This document shows, one piece after another, positions 36,626 through 48,549 of a stretch of 64,000 nucleotides of DNA. Each line of letters starts with the position of its first letter. Within the stretch, counting starts at the first letter, position 1. The stretch comes from Octopus bimaculoides. Its lineage: Eukaryota. Below the pieces are notes generated by a model. It had not been told where the DNA came from. It did no database searches and saw only the letters and a list, made by a program, of their open reading frames with translations. Location: assembly GCF_001194135.2 (NCBI RefSeq), contig NC_068983.1:98521368-98585367 (forward strand), in the 5' to 3' direction. The translations under genes and the position numbers were made by a program.

Positions 36626-39202
36626 TCCTAGGGTGAGAAAGGCTTGTGATATTGTTTGTGATATTTATTTATTTATGTGTTTCAGCCAAGTGGCTGCGGT
36701 CATGCTGGTGCACCACCGTGAAACCAGTTAGAAACCAATTCATCTTCAGCGTTTGAAACCCTATCAGTTCAGCAGCAAGAAATGGCTGCAGCATAAATAT
36801 GGCGACGATCATTATCAGCCCATATCTCGACCAATCGCTGCTCTGGCACATTTGTGTGGTGTTAAAATTAATCGAAAATTCTATGTAGCTTCGCACCAAA
36901 TCATGATTATAAACGAAGATGCTCTGGAAATACATCACAGATGATTCAAGAGGACTAGTAGAGATTATATTAGTTAGCCGGCAGTTTTGTCACTTTGACC
37001 TCGGGTAAAAAATCTCTCGCTAAGCACGAAAGAATAACATTTTCTCCTCTCGCCAAACATACATTCTCGTATTCAGCATAAAAGATTTTTTGTAAAATAA
37101 CAATTATAATATCAGTCTAAATAATCCAGCTCCCAGCTAACTACATCAATATTTTGATATGATTAGTGTGTATTTGTGTGCTGTTGAGATTAACTGCATT
37201 GCTCCTATCCAATTGAAGGGTCATTGTTAATGAAAACTGTACGCTATGTAGAAGGTTAAGAATGAATTCGACCAGCTAGAAATTAGTAGCTAGATTTTCC
37301 CAAGGTACTTCGGGTATCAGACAAAGGAAATGTATTAAAAATTGAAATTCAAGTAACTTTGGCGTACGACACCAGAGAGAACATTGCCAGTAGATGTGAC
37401 GATGTAGGATGTGTCTTAACTATGATAGAACACAGACAGATCATTAACTTTCACAATAAAAGTTAACTCCTATAGATAAACTCTATTAAAAACAGATTCC
37501 AGACAAATTTATGCTGTTAATGCCACCATGACTATTAAACACGAATGTTTTGTCCTATTCTAAAATATTCCACTACTTACCATAGGCACAATAGATCTGA
37601 AATAATTAGAGCAATTCATTAACATTTGCTAATAGCTGTATTGTTCTGGAGCTTATATTATGACAACCTCTAACAGCAGAAACATTAGAGTACTGGAGAA
37701 TTAAATGCTTTGTGGTATTTAGTAACGCTGTTTTACGTTCTAAAATGATATCCCACCGGAGTCAGATATGCCTTTCATCTGTCAGAGTAGAGAAAAAGCG
37801 TTTCAAGTCAAACATTGGGTTTGATTAAATTAACTATACCTCTCCTCTAAAGTTTGTTGCTTTGTGTGCGAGTTAGACATTGTTATTAATTCACCCTCTA
37901 CTTCCTAGTGAATCTAGACACAACGTTACCAAATTATGAATTACTATACATATCATTTGGTGATATTTCACCCCACAAAACAATGGCAGATATCAAATAT
38001 TGTTTAAATAAGCAACGAGAGAAAATGAATCCGCAGTCTGTATGCTCGTATATTGTTCGCTACGGAGTAAATTAGGTTATAATTACGATCATGGCTTTAA
38101 ATATTGATTTCTTTCCATGAGAACACAACCAAATTTCATAAGGGAGGGAACATAGTTGATTAAACCTACCACATTGTATTGCTGTTACATTATTTTATTT
38201 GAACACCGGAGGATGGAAGACGAAGGCGAAACTGGAAAGAAACAACAAAAATAATCCCAATCAAATATTTCTTTCATTTCATTTAATACAAAGGTTTCAT
38301 ACTTTGCAAGAAGGCGAAAGGAAAATGTATTGATCCTTTCTTTCACTATTTTATACCGTGATTGCTGAACAATGCTGCCGTTGGCTACAGTTTTACAATG
38401 GGCTGACCACTGTTCATTGCATTTCTGACAGTGAGAAGAGGGTAGCTGCAATTCGGTGTGTAACAACTATCGTTAGGTTTTTTTTCCTCTCTCGGATTTT
38501 ATGCCTTTACGCCGATGTTTATAATCGACGATACACACACACACACACACACATATATGATTCAACTACGGTAGTAGTTGAATAATATTCTTAATTTACT
38601 CACACGCAGCATCTTTCAGAGCTTGTCACTAATTCAGTTATTAACCAAATTGAAAACTGCTAACATTTTTGAAGAGGACTGGTCCCTAGCTATATTTTGG
38701 CATAAGAAAATTGAGATTTGATCCAGTAGAAAAAAGTTTACATCAAAATTTGTAGCAACGTTATAGGACAGTAAGTAACGCCACCAATCAAGTTTCGATC
38801 TAAATAACTTTTTTTTATTTTAAAAGCAAAATATATACCTTAGGTTCAATGATAGAAGAAAGCATTAAGAATTTCATAGTTTTGTTCCCAGGCAACAAAA
38901 ATTTGTATCAAAACAGTTGTGAGGTAAAATATCATTAAAAAAAAATATAAGGCAAAATATTGGATTTAAGTATAATTAACTTTTTTATTTTAAAGCCAAA
39001 CTATATTTTACATAAGCTTAAATGATAGAGCTCAGTTCGAGGAATTTCATGGTATCAATCTCATGCAATGAAGTTTTAAAAGAAAAAAGTTGTGAGTGTT
39101 TGTTTCTCAAATTTGTCGTTGAGGTAAGGAAAAAATTATCAACGACACTGCTAATTAACACATTATTAATTAGCATAATAGCATAGCCTAGAAAAACATG
39201 GA

Positions 39203-39850
39203 TTACATAGAAAAATGCGAGCAAGAGAAATAATATTTTTAACATTATAAACCTGGAAAATTACAGGACAAGTTATTATACTTGGAAAAGTTCAGGACAA
39301 CTTATTACATCTGGTAAAGAACAGAACAAGAAAATTTTTACTTAAAATATTGCAGCTAAGGATAAAATTTGAATATTAAAAATTATTTGATTTTAATTTA
39401 CAGGGTAACATTATAATTAAAAAGGTACCACCATTTTATTAAAATATTGACACACTAGAATACTTAAAAAATGAGAGCCAGAAGTACTTATATAGCTAAT
39501 GTTTTATGCAAAGTAGAATAGTATATATGGTAGGCAGATTCATTATGTANNNNNNNNNNATTTTGAGTTATTTTTTAAATTTTTAATAAAAGTAACAAGT
39601 AAGAACAAATAGAAGTAATAACCTGTAATAAAATTTTTAGCCTTAATAAAAGCTAATATTTTCTAAATCTAAATATTTTATTCGAAATTTTATCCTTAGC
39701 TGCTATTCTTTAAGTAAAAATTTTCTTGTTCTGTACTTTACCAGATGTAATGAGTTGTCCTGAACTTTTTCAAGTGTAATAACTTGTCCTGTAATTTTCC
39801 AGGTTTATAATCTTAAGAATATTAGTTCTCTTGCTTGCATTTTTCCATGT

Positions 39851-39851
<1 letters not shown>
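39203..39851. mobile_element. Fold-back / long-TIR element (~180-bp arms)
   Basis: 39203-39385 is the reverse complement of 39668-39851; AT-rich spacer contains a small gap. Confidence 0.8.
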
Positions 39852-39898
<47 letters not shown>

Positions 39899-40318
39899 AG
39901 TCAGTAAAAGGTGGGGTGAGTCCAGAACTCCAATTAAAGAGTATAAAACCCACAGAATTATCTTCGATTACACACACTTCCTGTTTTGACACCACACTTC
40001 CTGCTTAACACAAACTTTCAGCCCCCTTTTTTAAAAACAAAACACAACTCTCAATTTCATGCATCCTAATCTTTCTAACTATTATCTACATGGATTACCA
40101 TTGAACTTTAAAAGCTCAAAGACAATATAATGTATTGGTATAGTTATTTTTTTTTATATATATTATTTTTTATTATTTTTTTGTAAAAGACATTTTCATT
40201 CTCCCTCTTCTTGAAAATTTGCCATTCAATGAAAGCCGGTTAGAAATCCTTTTTACACATCTATATTAAAATATGCTTTCAGTTTAGCATTCTGCCTTAT
40301 TATTATTTTTCATTTTCC

Positions 40319-40349
<31 letters not shown>

Positions 40350-41563
40350 GAGGTGGGCACTGTGCTTAGGAAGTTTGCTTTGTAACTGGGGTGTACTGAG
40401 TTCGATTGCATTGTGCAACACCTTCAACAATTGTCTTCTAATAGTCTCAGGTGGACCAATAACTTGTGGGTAAAATTTAGTAGATCGAATCTAAGCAAAT
40501 GCTGTGTGTGTGTGTGTTTTCGTAACTTAGCAGTTTTACAAATAGTAATTGTGTTTGTTGTTTCCCAATCAATCCATACTATAATACTTTAGCGAGATGA
40601 GAGTTACATAATTGGTAGGGCAGAGGCAGTGGCGGCTCGTAGATAAAATTAATGGGGATGCTGCTTCAGAAAACTTTTAGCCATTTTAATATTGTGTAAA
40701 AGGAAACAAACATAAAAATAATATTTATACATAAACTTGATCGGTTCCCATTTTAGCCACTGCCGGGTAGTGTGTTTAATTTGTTCACTGAGCACCGCCG
40801 GGAATTCCCCCTTGTTTTTCAAGAATCCCCCCTAAATTACGAAATAAGGGGTGGGAGGAAATCTGCCCTATTTTTCAAATTCTGACAGCAACACTGAAGC
40901 TGGAAGCAGGATAATAATCTAATTCTACATTGAATTCACATTCAAGAATATAAACATGTTTTTAAGCAAAACACACGAGATCAGCACTGCTTGAACGACA
41001 GTGCTGCCTCTCCCTAGTGTGAAGCTTCCGATCTAGGGCATGTGAACATGCACACCACAGCCAAACACAGCGTCGCTGGAACTGTAAAGCACACAGTTCT
41101 ATACAAGGAATTTTGCATTTTTTCATAAACTAGGGGATGGCTACTGACATTAAGCTCAAGGATTATGTAATGTACAAGTATAAAGAAAGAATTAAAGGAA
41201 AAAGGACTCATTATATTGAATGCTATCGATAATATCGAGTGGAAATAGGGGGTGCTGCAGTTCCGCAGTGCCGATATACGAGCTGCCACTAGGCAGAAGT
41301 GTAGAAACGAATTACCGCTACATTGTTAATCATTACTTCAGTTCTAACACCTTCACGAAACATACAAAAGACGGAGACCCTTTCCTTTCCCTTTTAAACA
41401 ATGATAAAATAAAGACATAATTGCATAAACTAAATCTGATGCCAGATACTAATCTCCCCAGGACCATCTCTCGAAACGTTACAGTGAAGTGCATATTAAC
41501 AGGTAACTTCACTGCGGAGAATGCAGTGTTTGATCATGAAGAAAAAAAAAAAGTGAAAATATA

Positions 41564-41775
41564 CAGGGTGTCCACAAAGTCTGGGTACATAGGGATTAAC
41601 ACATACTTTAAGAAATTATTATTTCTTACATTTAATTGTTTATGTTATGATTTTATTTACTCTATGTACCCACGTGGGGATTAACACATACTTTAAAAAA
41701 TTATTATTTCTTATATTTAATTGTTTATGTTATGATCTTATTTACTCCATGTACCCAGACTTTGTGGACACCCTG
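41564..41775. mobile_element. Tc1/mariner MITE with an internal ~82-bp duplication
   Basis: TA-CAGGGTGTCCACAAAGTCTGGGTACAT...ATGTACCCAGACTTTGTGGACACCCTG-TA; perfect 27-bp TIR. Confidence 0.92.
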
Positions 41776-41864
41776 TAGTTATGTATCAATCGGTCAGGTA
41801 CATGCCAGGTGTTTGATTTAGTTTTTCCTCATTTGTTTATTTGTGTTATTATTAGAGTTAAGAA

Positions 41865-42900
41865 AGGCGGCGAACTAGTAGAACTGTTAGCACGCAGGGC
41901 AAAATGCTTAGCGGAATTTCGTCCGTCTTTACATACTGAGCTAAAATTCAGCCGAGATTGACTTTGCCTTTTATCTTTTTGAGGTAGATAAAATAAATAG
42001 CATAGCCTGAACAGGATAAACTATCCCTATTTTGCAGAGAAAAGTGCAGGTGGCTCTCTGCAAAATAGGGATAGTTTATCCTGTTTAGGCTATATTATTA
42101 GCATTATTCTGCGATTGAGAATTTAAAAATCACTTCGTTTGTTTATTTACGTTTGTCGTAATTTGAATTTAAAATAAATAGCAATTAAGTGCTGGAGTTG
42201 ATGTAATAGACTTACCCATCCTCTCAAAAACTGCAGGCCCTGTACCAAATTAGGTGGCGAGCTGGAAGAATCGCTAGTACATCAGGCAAAATGTTTAGCG
42301 GCATTCCATTCATCTTTACGTTCTGAATTAAAATTCAGCTGAGGTCAACTTTGCCGTTCATCCTTTCTGGGTCGATAAAATAAATAGCAGTCAAGTTCTG
42401 GAGTCGATGTAATCAACTCACCTCTCCCCTGAAATAAGGCGACGAGCTGGAAGAATCCTAGCAAACTGGGCAAAATGCTTAGCGGAATTTCGTCCATTTT
42501 TACATACTGAGCTAAAATTCAGCTGAGGTCGACTTTACTTTTCATCCTTTCGGGGTCGATAAAATAAGTACCAGTCAAGTACTGAAGTCGGTGTCATTGA
42601 CTTATCCATCTCCTCAGAAACAGCTGGCCCTGTGCCAAAATTTGTAAAGGTTATTAGAGTTAAGAGTAAGGCAGCGAGCTGGAAGAATCGTTAATACACC
42701 TTACAATATTCTTTCCTGCTCTTTACATTCTGAGTTTATACCTCGCTAAGGTCAACTTTACTTTTCATCCTTCAGAGTCAATATAATCAACAAACCCACC
42801 TCGTCTAAAATTTCTGGCCTTGTGCCAAAATTTGAGACAATTGTTATTAGAAGAAAGGTGGAGAGCTGGCAGAATCACACGAGAGTGATAAACAAGTGCC
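41865..42900 (+). mobile_element. Head-to-tail array of ~5 SINE family B copies or heads
   Basis: Heads at ~41865, 42254, 42436, 42668 and 42856. Confidence 0.85.
42003..42170. mobile_element. 168-bp insertion that begins with a 38-bp-arm hairpin and is flanked by a 13-bp direct repeat
   Basis: AAAATAAATAGCA at 41990-42002 and 42171-42183; hairpin 42003-42092 with one mismatch. Confidence 0.8.
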
Positions 42901-43064
42901 ACCGCAATGACTGACTATGGTAATTCGAACAAGCATATTCAAATTTCAGTCTTGCTGGATTTTAAATTTGTCCACCAACACAAACCACACCCATACAACG
43001 ACACAAAATTAATATGAAAGCCTTCCTCTTCGGGAAATTACTCTTGTAACTTATGCATTTAGGT

Positions 43065-43681
43065 GCAGGCATGTCTGTGTGAAAAGAAGTTTGCTTCTCA
43101 ACCACATGGTCCCGGGTTCAGTCCCACTATGTGGCACATTGGGAAAGTGTTTTCTACTATAGCTTCAGGCCGACCAAAGACTTGTACGTAGATTTGGTAG
43201 ACGAAGCTGAAAGAAGCCCATTGTATATGTGTGTATGTGTCCTTATGTCTGTCCCCCCCCCCACACACATACACACACCAACACCGCTTGCTGACTGGTG
43301 TTTACATTCCTGTAACTTAGCGGTTCGGCAAAAGTCAAAAGTGACCGATAGAATAAGTTCCAAGCTTAAGAAGAAAATAAGCACTGGGGTCAGTTAGTTC
43401 GACTAAAATTCCTGAGGCCATGACTGAGACAAAAGATAAGAAGAAAGACCTTTTACTTGTTTCAGTCATTGGACGGCGGCCAAGTTGGGACACCGCCTCG
43501 CAGGGTTTAGTCGAAAATATTGATCCCAGTACTTATTTTTTTAAAAGTCTGCTACATATTCTATCAGTCTCTTCTGCTGACCTGCTAAATTATGGGGACA
43601 AGAACAAACCAAAATCGATTGTCTAGCAGCAGTGGAAGACAAACATAATACACACACACATATACATGTGTGTGTGTGTTT

Positions 43682-43717
<36 letters not shown>

Positions 43718-44134
43718 NNNNNNNNNNNNNNNNNNNNNNNNNNNNNNNNNNNNNNNNNNNNNNNNNNNNNNNNNNNNNNNNNNNNNNNNNNNNNNNNNNN
43801 NNNNNNNNNNNNNNNNNNNNNNNNNNNNNNNNNNNNNNNNNNNNNNNNNNNNNNNNNNAAAGATAAGAAGAAAGACCTTTTACTTGTTTCAGTCATTGGA
43901 CGGCGGCCAAGTTGGGACACCGCCTCGCAGGGTTTAGTCGAAAATATTGATCCCAGTACTTATTTTTTTAAAAGTCTGCTACATATTCTATCAGTCTCTT
44001 CTGCTGACCTGCTAAATTATGGGGACAAGAACAAACCAAAATCGATTGTCTAGCAGCAGTGGAAGACAAACATAATACACACACACATATACATGTGTGT
44101 GTGTGTTTACGTGTGTGTGTGTGTGTGTGTGTTT

Positions 44135-44168
<34 letters not shown>
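43065..44168. mobile_element. SINE family A (+, 43065-43435) tail-to-tail with an inverted tail; the inverted segment is duplicated across the gap
   Basis: 43431-43717 is essentially identical to 43859-44168. Confidence 0.85.
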
Positions 44169-44171
<3 letters not shown>

Positions 44172-45505
44172 TGGGAATATGGAAAAAATATTAATGATTG
44201 AGTAACATCCCCATTTACCTCTTCATATTTCAAGTTGATTAAAAAAAGAATTCTCTGTGCATTATATATATTGTTTCTAATTTAGGTATTGGGGAGACAG
44301 CGAGCTGGCAGAAACGTTAGCACGCCTGGCGAAATATTTAGCGGTATTTNNNNNNNNNNGAGGTCGACTTTGCCTTTCATCCTTTCGAGATTGATAAAAT
44401 AAGTACCAGCTGAGTACTGTGGTCGTTGTAATCAACTTATCTTCTGCCTCGAAATTGCTGGCCTTGTGCCAAAATTTGAAACCAATTTAGGGCCAGGGCA
44501 TAAAGTAGAGGGAAGGTGTTGGTCTACCACCCTTCCACCTTTAACACATCAACTCGTTGGTACGTAAACAACGTATTTTTCATGCAGATAGTGTCAATAG
44601 TATTAAAAATTCAATAATGTCCACTTTACAACTAATGAAAAATACCGGACATTTTCTTCAATGTAGTAACGATGGTTGTCACTCCTAGTGTTTGTTTAAT
44701 CTAGTGGGAAAGTAATGCTTTGAATATTTCATTTTGTTGCAAAAAATAAACAAAAAAAAAAAACAACTGCTTTCTATGAAGTTTCTAGTTCGTTTGTTTT
44801 TAGAGTTTTATTTCTGTTTTATTGTCTTTCATTTAATATTAAATCATTTCCTCTGTATTTTTTAAATTTTTTTTTTATTTTGGTTTTTGAATTTTTCTTC
44901 CTCAACATGATGAATTCATTACAGGAAAATTTCTAAGAATAAGAAAAAAAAAATGAAAAAAAATTTGAAGTAAAGAAAAATAAACAAAAAATAATATAAA
45001 GCTATTTCCTTTTATTGATAAAATAAAGGACTTAAATACATTNNNNNNNNNNNNNNNNNNNNNNNNNNNNNNNNNNNNNNNNNNNNNNNNNNNNNNNNNN
45101 NNNNNNNNNNNNNNNNNNNNNNNNNNNNNNNNNNNNNNNNNNNNNNNNNNNNNNNNNNNNNNNNNNNNNNNNNNNNNNNNNNNNNNNNNNNNNNNNNNNN
45201 NNNNNNNNNNNNNNNNNNNNNNNNNNNNNNNNNNNNNNNNNNNNNNNNNNNNNNNNNNNNNNNNNNNNNNNNNNNNNNNNNNNNNNNNNNNNNNNNNNNN
45301 NNNNNNNNNNNNNNNNNNNNNNNNNNNNNNNNNNNNNNNNNNNNNNNNNNNNNNNNNNNNTTACGAGAAAGTTATGGAATTTGTAAGAACCCACCCATTC
45401 AGGAACAATAAGCAATTAATTTATGTAACAAGGATATCCCGTCATATAAATAAAATACGCATTTAAATGACCTTCGATATCATATAACTCAAACCTACTT
45501 TGTGT

Positions 45506-45520
45506 TGCTGCTGCTGCTGC

Positions 45521-45581
<61 letters not shown>

Positions 45582-45602
45582 GGTGGTGGTGGTGGTGGTG
45601 GT
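45506..45602. repeat. Compound (CTG)(TTG)(GTG) trinucleotide repeat
   Basis: Seen directly. Confidence 0.95.
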
Positions 45603-46479
45603 AGAAGACTGCGTTTTAATTAAATTTATGAAATCTACTGAATTAAACGATTCCAGCAATAGAAATAAGTTCCAATTCGTAGTCGTTCCAACGGCTAATA
45701 ATAGCAGCCAAATATCCTTTAAATCACACTGTCATTATTTCAAGTAGTAAGTAGGACGCGTCTCGTTATTTGGGCAACTACTTGAGTCATACAACTGTTA
45801 GATCAAGACGAACCTCGAACTACACAACACTAACTATACTATGATGTAGTAGCTGGACCTGCTATAAATAGCCACCAAATGTCCCTTGACATACCCTACT
45901 ATTAATTTTTTTAAGTAGGATTCATTAGATAAATGTGGTACGAGGTACACCGAATGTGAGAAACCAACAACTAATCAGAAGTTTCGTTTATTCTTTTGTT
46001 GGATATTAAAATAGTTGTTTTCAAGACGATGCAAAAGAACGCAGAAATGCATGCATCATACGATCCAATAACGCCATTCCTGGTTCAATGTATTTTCACT
46101 CTTGCCGTCCAGGAGAAGAATTTTCTCCTAAGACTATTTACGCAGTGGAAGGTCTTGCCATGTCCTAGTGTGCTCGAACGTGTTAAATACGATTTTACAC
46201 GAATAAATTACATTCAATGCTACTTTGAGCGACTTCATCTAATTTCAATTATATTGATAGATTTACGCGCTTATGCATGTTTCCCAGATATGTACGTATA
46301 CATCCCTCGATAGGGTTTCAATTGCCAGTTAATTTTATTGATTGGAATGTCTTTATGCATTGACCTCCTCAGTTAGAGCTGATTTGGGATTAAACTACTA
46401 CTCATGATTTCTTTTTGCTTCCTCTTAATATTCTACTGCCTGTTTATCATCATCATCATCATTTGCAGTATTAGCACTA

Positions 46480-46625
46480 GTAAGGCAGCAAACTGGCAGA
46501 ATCGTTAGCACGCTGGGCGAAGTGCTTAGTGCTATTTCGTTTGTCATCACATTCTGGATTCAAATGCCGCTAGTGTGTAATCGACTAGTCTCCTCCCCTA
46601 AAATTTCAGGTCTGTAGTAGAAAGG

Positions 46626-46680
<55 letters not shown>
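46480..46680 (+). mobile_element. Internally deleted SINE family B with (ATT)n tail
   Basis: Homology. Confidence 0.75.
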
Positions 46681-46682
<2 letters not shown>

Positions 46683-47454
46683 AGCAGCACTTTTTCAGTG
46701 GAGGAATGTTTATTTGATTCGAAAAATATGTAAAAATTCAGAAATCATTGTCATATTGGTGAGCTTGTATTGATTTGAATCCTAACCATAAGTTGCTAAG
46801 TTAGGCATCATGAATGAGCAACCACAGTTTCATGTGATTGATCTTTAAGTCAACCAACCAACGTGAAACTGTGGCGTGATATGGCTTCTCAGATGTTCTA
46901 GAATTTACCTTCTTTTCACTCCATAAAAATCGTTTGGCGCCTAGCTCACCAGGCAATCGACCTTGGGCATTGAAGCAGACGGCTTCGGACTTTTGGTGCA
47001 GACGATTTCTGGTACTCGGACAGACAGCTATAAGGTGCAGTTTCTCTCCTCCCAGTCGACAATTATATTTTTAGCATCCTTCGTTGTAAATAGCCAACAC
47101 AAAATATCATGTCCGGTAATAAATACTGAAAGTCTGTGAATTTGCATCAGTTATTATTGACGCAGTCAATGCATCCTACATTGCTACAGTACAACACCAA
47201 CAAGCACACTACATCACTGGTGACAAAGCCATCCATTGCAACAATGGCGACTCAGACGTTCACAATATATCATCATTGACTACCTCGACACAAACTACCA
47301 AGCAACACGACAAGCTCATGAAATAGAATTATAAAATGAAGTATGACTACCATATTAGATAAAACAACTTTTTCAACAAAGCTACACCCTATACATTGAA
47401 TGTTTACTCTATTTTACCACATGGAAGACACACTTTTTGAAGTAGTAGTAGTAG

Positions 47455-47668
47455 TCCTTTCTACTATAAGCACAAAGCCTGAAATTTGGGGAAGGAGATA
47501 GACGATTACATCGACCCCAGTACTCAGCTGGTACTTATTTTATCGACCTCGAAGGGATGAAAAGCAAAGTCGATCTCAGCCGTATTCGAACTCAGAACAT
47601 AAAGACAGACGAAATGCCGCCAAGCATTTTGTCTGGTTTGCTAACGATTCTGCCAGCTTGCCGCCTTA
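47455..47668 (-). mobile_element. SINE family B
   Basis: Homology. Confidence 0.85.
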
Positions 47669-48549
47669 ATACTACTACTACTGATGGTGATGATGATGAT
47701 GATGACTCTAAAAAGAGTAATATCAGTGGTGACTCCGGCACTTGGGCTGTTTGGGCGTAGCTGAGTATAAATTTAGTAAAGTGAACATGCATTTGCAAGC
47801 TGATTTACTTTCTGCTAACACTGATTTCAAGTATATAATTTCAGCCATTCATTCGGGCTCCTCTAATTGAGCCTGATCACAGTTCATTTATTTTCATTCA
47901 GCGTCTGGAGATCGTCTTATAGGTGTTCTGTGTCGAAAAATATCATTTATAGCAGACGTTCTCTCGACATCGTTCACACGCGCCTGAATTGGGTTCAGAA
48001 GTTACAGCCTGAGTTGTTATCTATAATCGTAAAAATTAACAATAACTCAAATTCGATGTTTTCTTGAAGCAATAAATTTCGATAGAGATTAGTATTTAAA
48101 TTCCAGTCTATAAAAAGTTTCCCTTCTACAATATTCTTAAAGGAATGTAAAATTATCCAGCAACTCGGGCTAATACGAACGAGCCTGGTAGGCATAAAAA
48201 ACTAACTGGCATCTCTTGTCAGTAGTACAGGCGATAGTTAGATCGCTGATGTTTGTTGTGTACTCTGCTGTCGTTATTTGATTGCTGCTATTTTGTGTGT
48301 CTGTGTGTAAATATCAGTTGTGTTTTGCCAGGTTGCTTTATTTCTACCCTTAACTTAGAAATGGAGAAAGACATAGTGCTAGATATGAAAAATAAGCCAT
48401 TTGGGGCTAGAAATAAAGCGGAAAAACGTAAAATTCTTTGAATAGGCATGTGTCTTATGCGAAATCTGTGATGAGCTTGAGTGACGAAATCTGTAATGAG
48501 CCCAAGTGATGCTGATGACCTGGAGTCGCCTCTGAATAATATGATACTC

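Noticed and set aside
40627-40762. hAT MITE (CAGTGGC...GCCACTG)
   Set aside because: The TIR is only ~8 bp and there is no matching 8-bp target duplication.
43431-44168. True tandem duplication
   Set aside because: Identical copies flank a gap and end in a (TG)n tract; most likely a scaffolding artefact of overlapping contig ends.
48361-48441. hAT transposase N-terminus (MEKDIVLDMKNKPFGARNKAEKRKIL)
   Set aside because: Only a faint resemblance over 26 aa, ending in a stop.
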